NCBI GenBank assembly: GCA_963806225.1
Contig: CAWDXG010000001.1
Coordinates: forward strand, 96,001-160,000
DNA length: 64,000 bases
Origin: an uncultured delta proteobacterium
Lineage (GTDB): Bacteria; Myxococcota_A; Polyangia; Polyangiales; Polyangiaceae
Reading direction: 5' to 3'
Position numbers and translations under genes: made by a program. Below are positions 62,641 through 64,000 of the stretch, in pieces. The number at the start of each line of letters is the position of its first letter. The first letter of the stretch is position 1. Below the pieces are notes generated by a model. That model was given only the letters and a program-made list of their open reading frames with translations. It ran no database searches and was not told the origin of the DNA.

Positions 62641-64000
62641 ATGGCCTCGCGATCCAAAGGCTGCGTGTCGGCGGGTCTCGCCGCACTGCTGGTCACCTTC
62701 TCCCCCTATGCCGCCTTGGCGGCCACGCTTTCCTTCGGCGTTGTCTCGCCCGATGTCAAGGTGCGGCCGGGCGATACGCCGGCGACCGCGGCTTCGGCTG
62801 CGCTGCGTGCCGCGAAGAACGAGTTCGAGCCGTTCCAGATCGTGTTCACGAGCGCGGGCGGAGCCACCAGCGGCGTGTCGGTCAAGTTGTCGAAGAGCCT
62901 GACCGGTCCTGGCGGCGCGACGATTCCCGACAAGAACGTCGTCCTGTACGCCGAGCGCTACTACCAGGTCGGCACGGCCTCGAACTCCGAAGGTGCGGCC
63001 GGGCGCTGGCCGGATCCGCTCGTGCCCGACGTCGACACCTACTTCGGCGAGAAGCGCAATGCGTTCCCGTTCGACGTGCCGGGGACCGAGTCGCGCGCGG
63101 TGTGGGTGGACATCCTCGTGCCGGCCGCTGCAACTCCGGGCGACTATTCCGGCGAGCTCGAGATCGACGTGGGGGGCAAGCAGCAGGGCACCGTTCCGAT
63201 CGCGCTGCATGTGGGCAGCTTCTCGCTACCGTCGACGGCCACACTGGCGTCGGCGTTCGGTATGGACTGGTCGGCTCCATGCGTTGCCCACACAGGGACG
63301 AACTCCTGCGACACTTCCTGGAACGAGCCCAAGGCGAACGCGCTGCGCGAGCTGTACCTGCGTGCGGGGCTCGATCACCGCTTCACCATCTCGGACAGCG
63401 ACTACCAGCCGCCTTTCGGTGCCAGCCAGGCGCCCTACGAGCAGTATGTGATGCCGCTGGTCGACGGCACCGGCCCCACCCGGTTGAAGGGCGCCAAGCT
63501 CACGGCCATCCGCCTCGACGGTGGCGACTCGAGCGTCGGACAGTGGATCACGTACGCCAAATCCAAGGGCTTTTTCGATCGGCTGTTCTACTACCCGATT
63601 GACGAGCCCGGCTCGAACCAGAGCCAGTGGAACTCGCTCGTCGCCTCGGCGCAGGCGCTGCACGCCGCCGATGCGAACGCCCGCATCATCATCACCTCCG
63701 ACATCGACGAGGCGAACGCGGCCGGCGCCACGAACGACATCGACATCTTCGTGCCGGTCATCAACTACCTGGACGACAAGTCAGGCGGCAAGTACGCGGG
63801 CAACCAGCGATCGAAATACGACAGCTGGGTCTCGGGCAAGTCGAACCGCCGCTTGTGGTCGTACCAGTCGTGCATGTCGCACGGTTGCGGCAACTGCGGT
63901 GACCCGACCACGGACAGCTACTTCACCGGCTGGCCGCAGATGGTGATCGACTCGAGCGCGGTGCAGGATCGCGCGTTCCCCTGGGTCGCGTTCAATCTCG
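62641..64000 (+). CDS. Secreted DUF4091/GH123-like glycoside hydrolase (runs off window end)
   Basis: Signal peptide, AAKNEFEPFQI, WPDPLVP, VWVDILVP…GDYSG, YPIDEP, LWSYQSCMSHGC; open reading frame to 64000. Confidence 0.75.
   Translation, partial: MASRSKGCVSAGLAALLVTFSPYAALAATLSFGVVSPDVKVRPGDTPATAASAALRAAKNEFEPFQIVFTSAGGATSGVSVKLSKSLTGPGGATIPDKNVVLYAERYYQVGTASNSEGAAGRWPDPLVPDVDTYFGEKRNAFPFDVPGTESRAVWVDILVPAAATPGDYSGELEIDVGGKQQGTVPIALHVGSFSLPSTATLASAFGMDWSAPCVAHTGTNSCDTSWNEPKANALRELYLRAGLDHRFTISDSDYQPPFGASQAPYEQYVMPLVDGTGPTRLKGAKLTAIRLDGGDSSVGQWITYAKSKGFFDRLFYYPIDEPGSNQSQWNSLVASAQALHAADANARIIITSDIDEANAAGATNDIDIFVPVINYLDDKSGGKYAGNQRSKYDSWVSGKSNRRLWSYQSCMSHGCGNCGDPTTDSYFTGWPQMVIDSSAVQDRAFPWVAFNL

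Overview
High-GC bacterial chromosomal window, most likely from a myxobacterium (Myxococcota, Polyangia-like). The evidence is a MYXO-CTERM sorting tail, an MglA-family GTPase, a Ser/Thr kinase, Gly-rich Cys-rich lipoproteins and a TSP3/OmpA protein. About 60 CDSs are supported; no rRNA, tRNA or CRISPR array was seen. Left end: decayed integrase-core transposase remnants around a CHAP/MYXO-CTERM gene, then a lipid-linked glycosylation cluster (two GT-C, a FAD enzyme, a GT2 and a flippase-like protein). Middle: envelope, signalling and housekeeping genes (rpmG, OmpA proteins, MCE, kinase, UshA-like/multiheme cytochrome, MglA-like, MscS, desaturase, RNase HII-like, MATE, MoaD) and a complete MoxR-DUF58-Bat operon. 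Right: the most notable locus, a translationally coupled operon of TetR, SAM methyltransferase and an HgcA/HgcB-like fused corrinoid/ferredoxin protein, with a clear promoter and operator. It converges on a MacAB-TolC plus ECF sigma/anti-sigma/periplasmic-sensor unit. Many genes carry single-base frameshifts clustered in a few segments, most likely long-read consensus errors. All family assignments come from motif recognition by eye; no database search was run.
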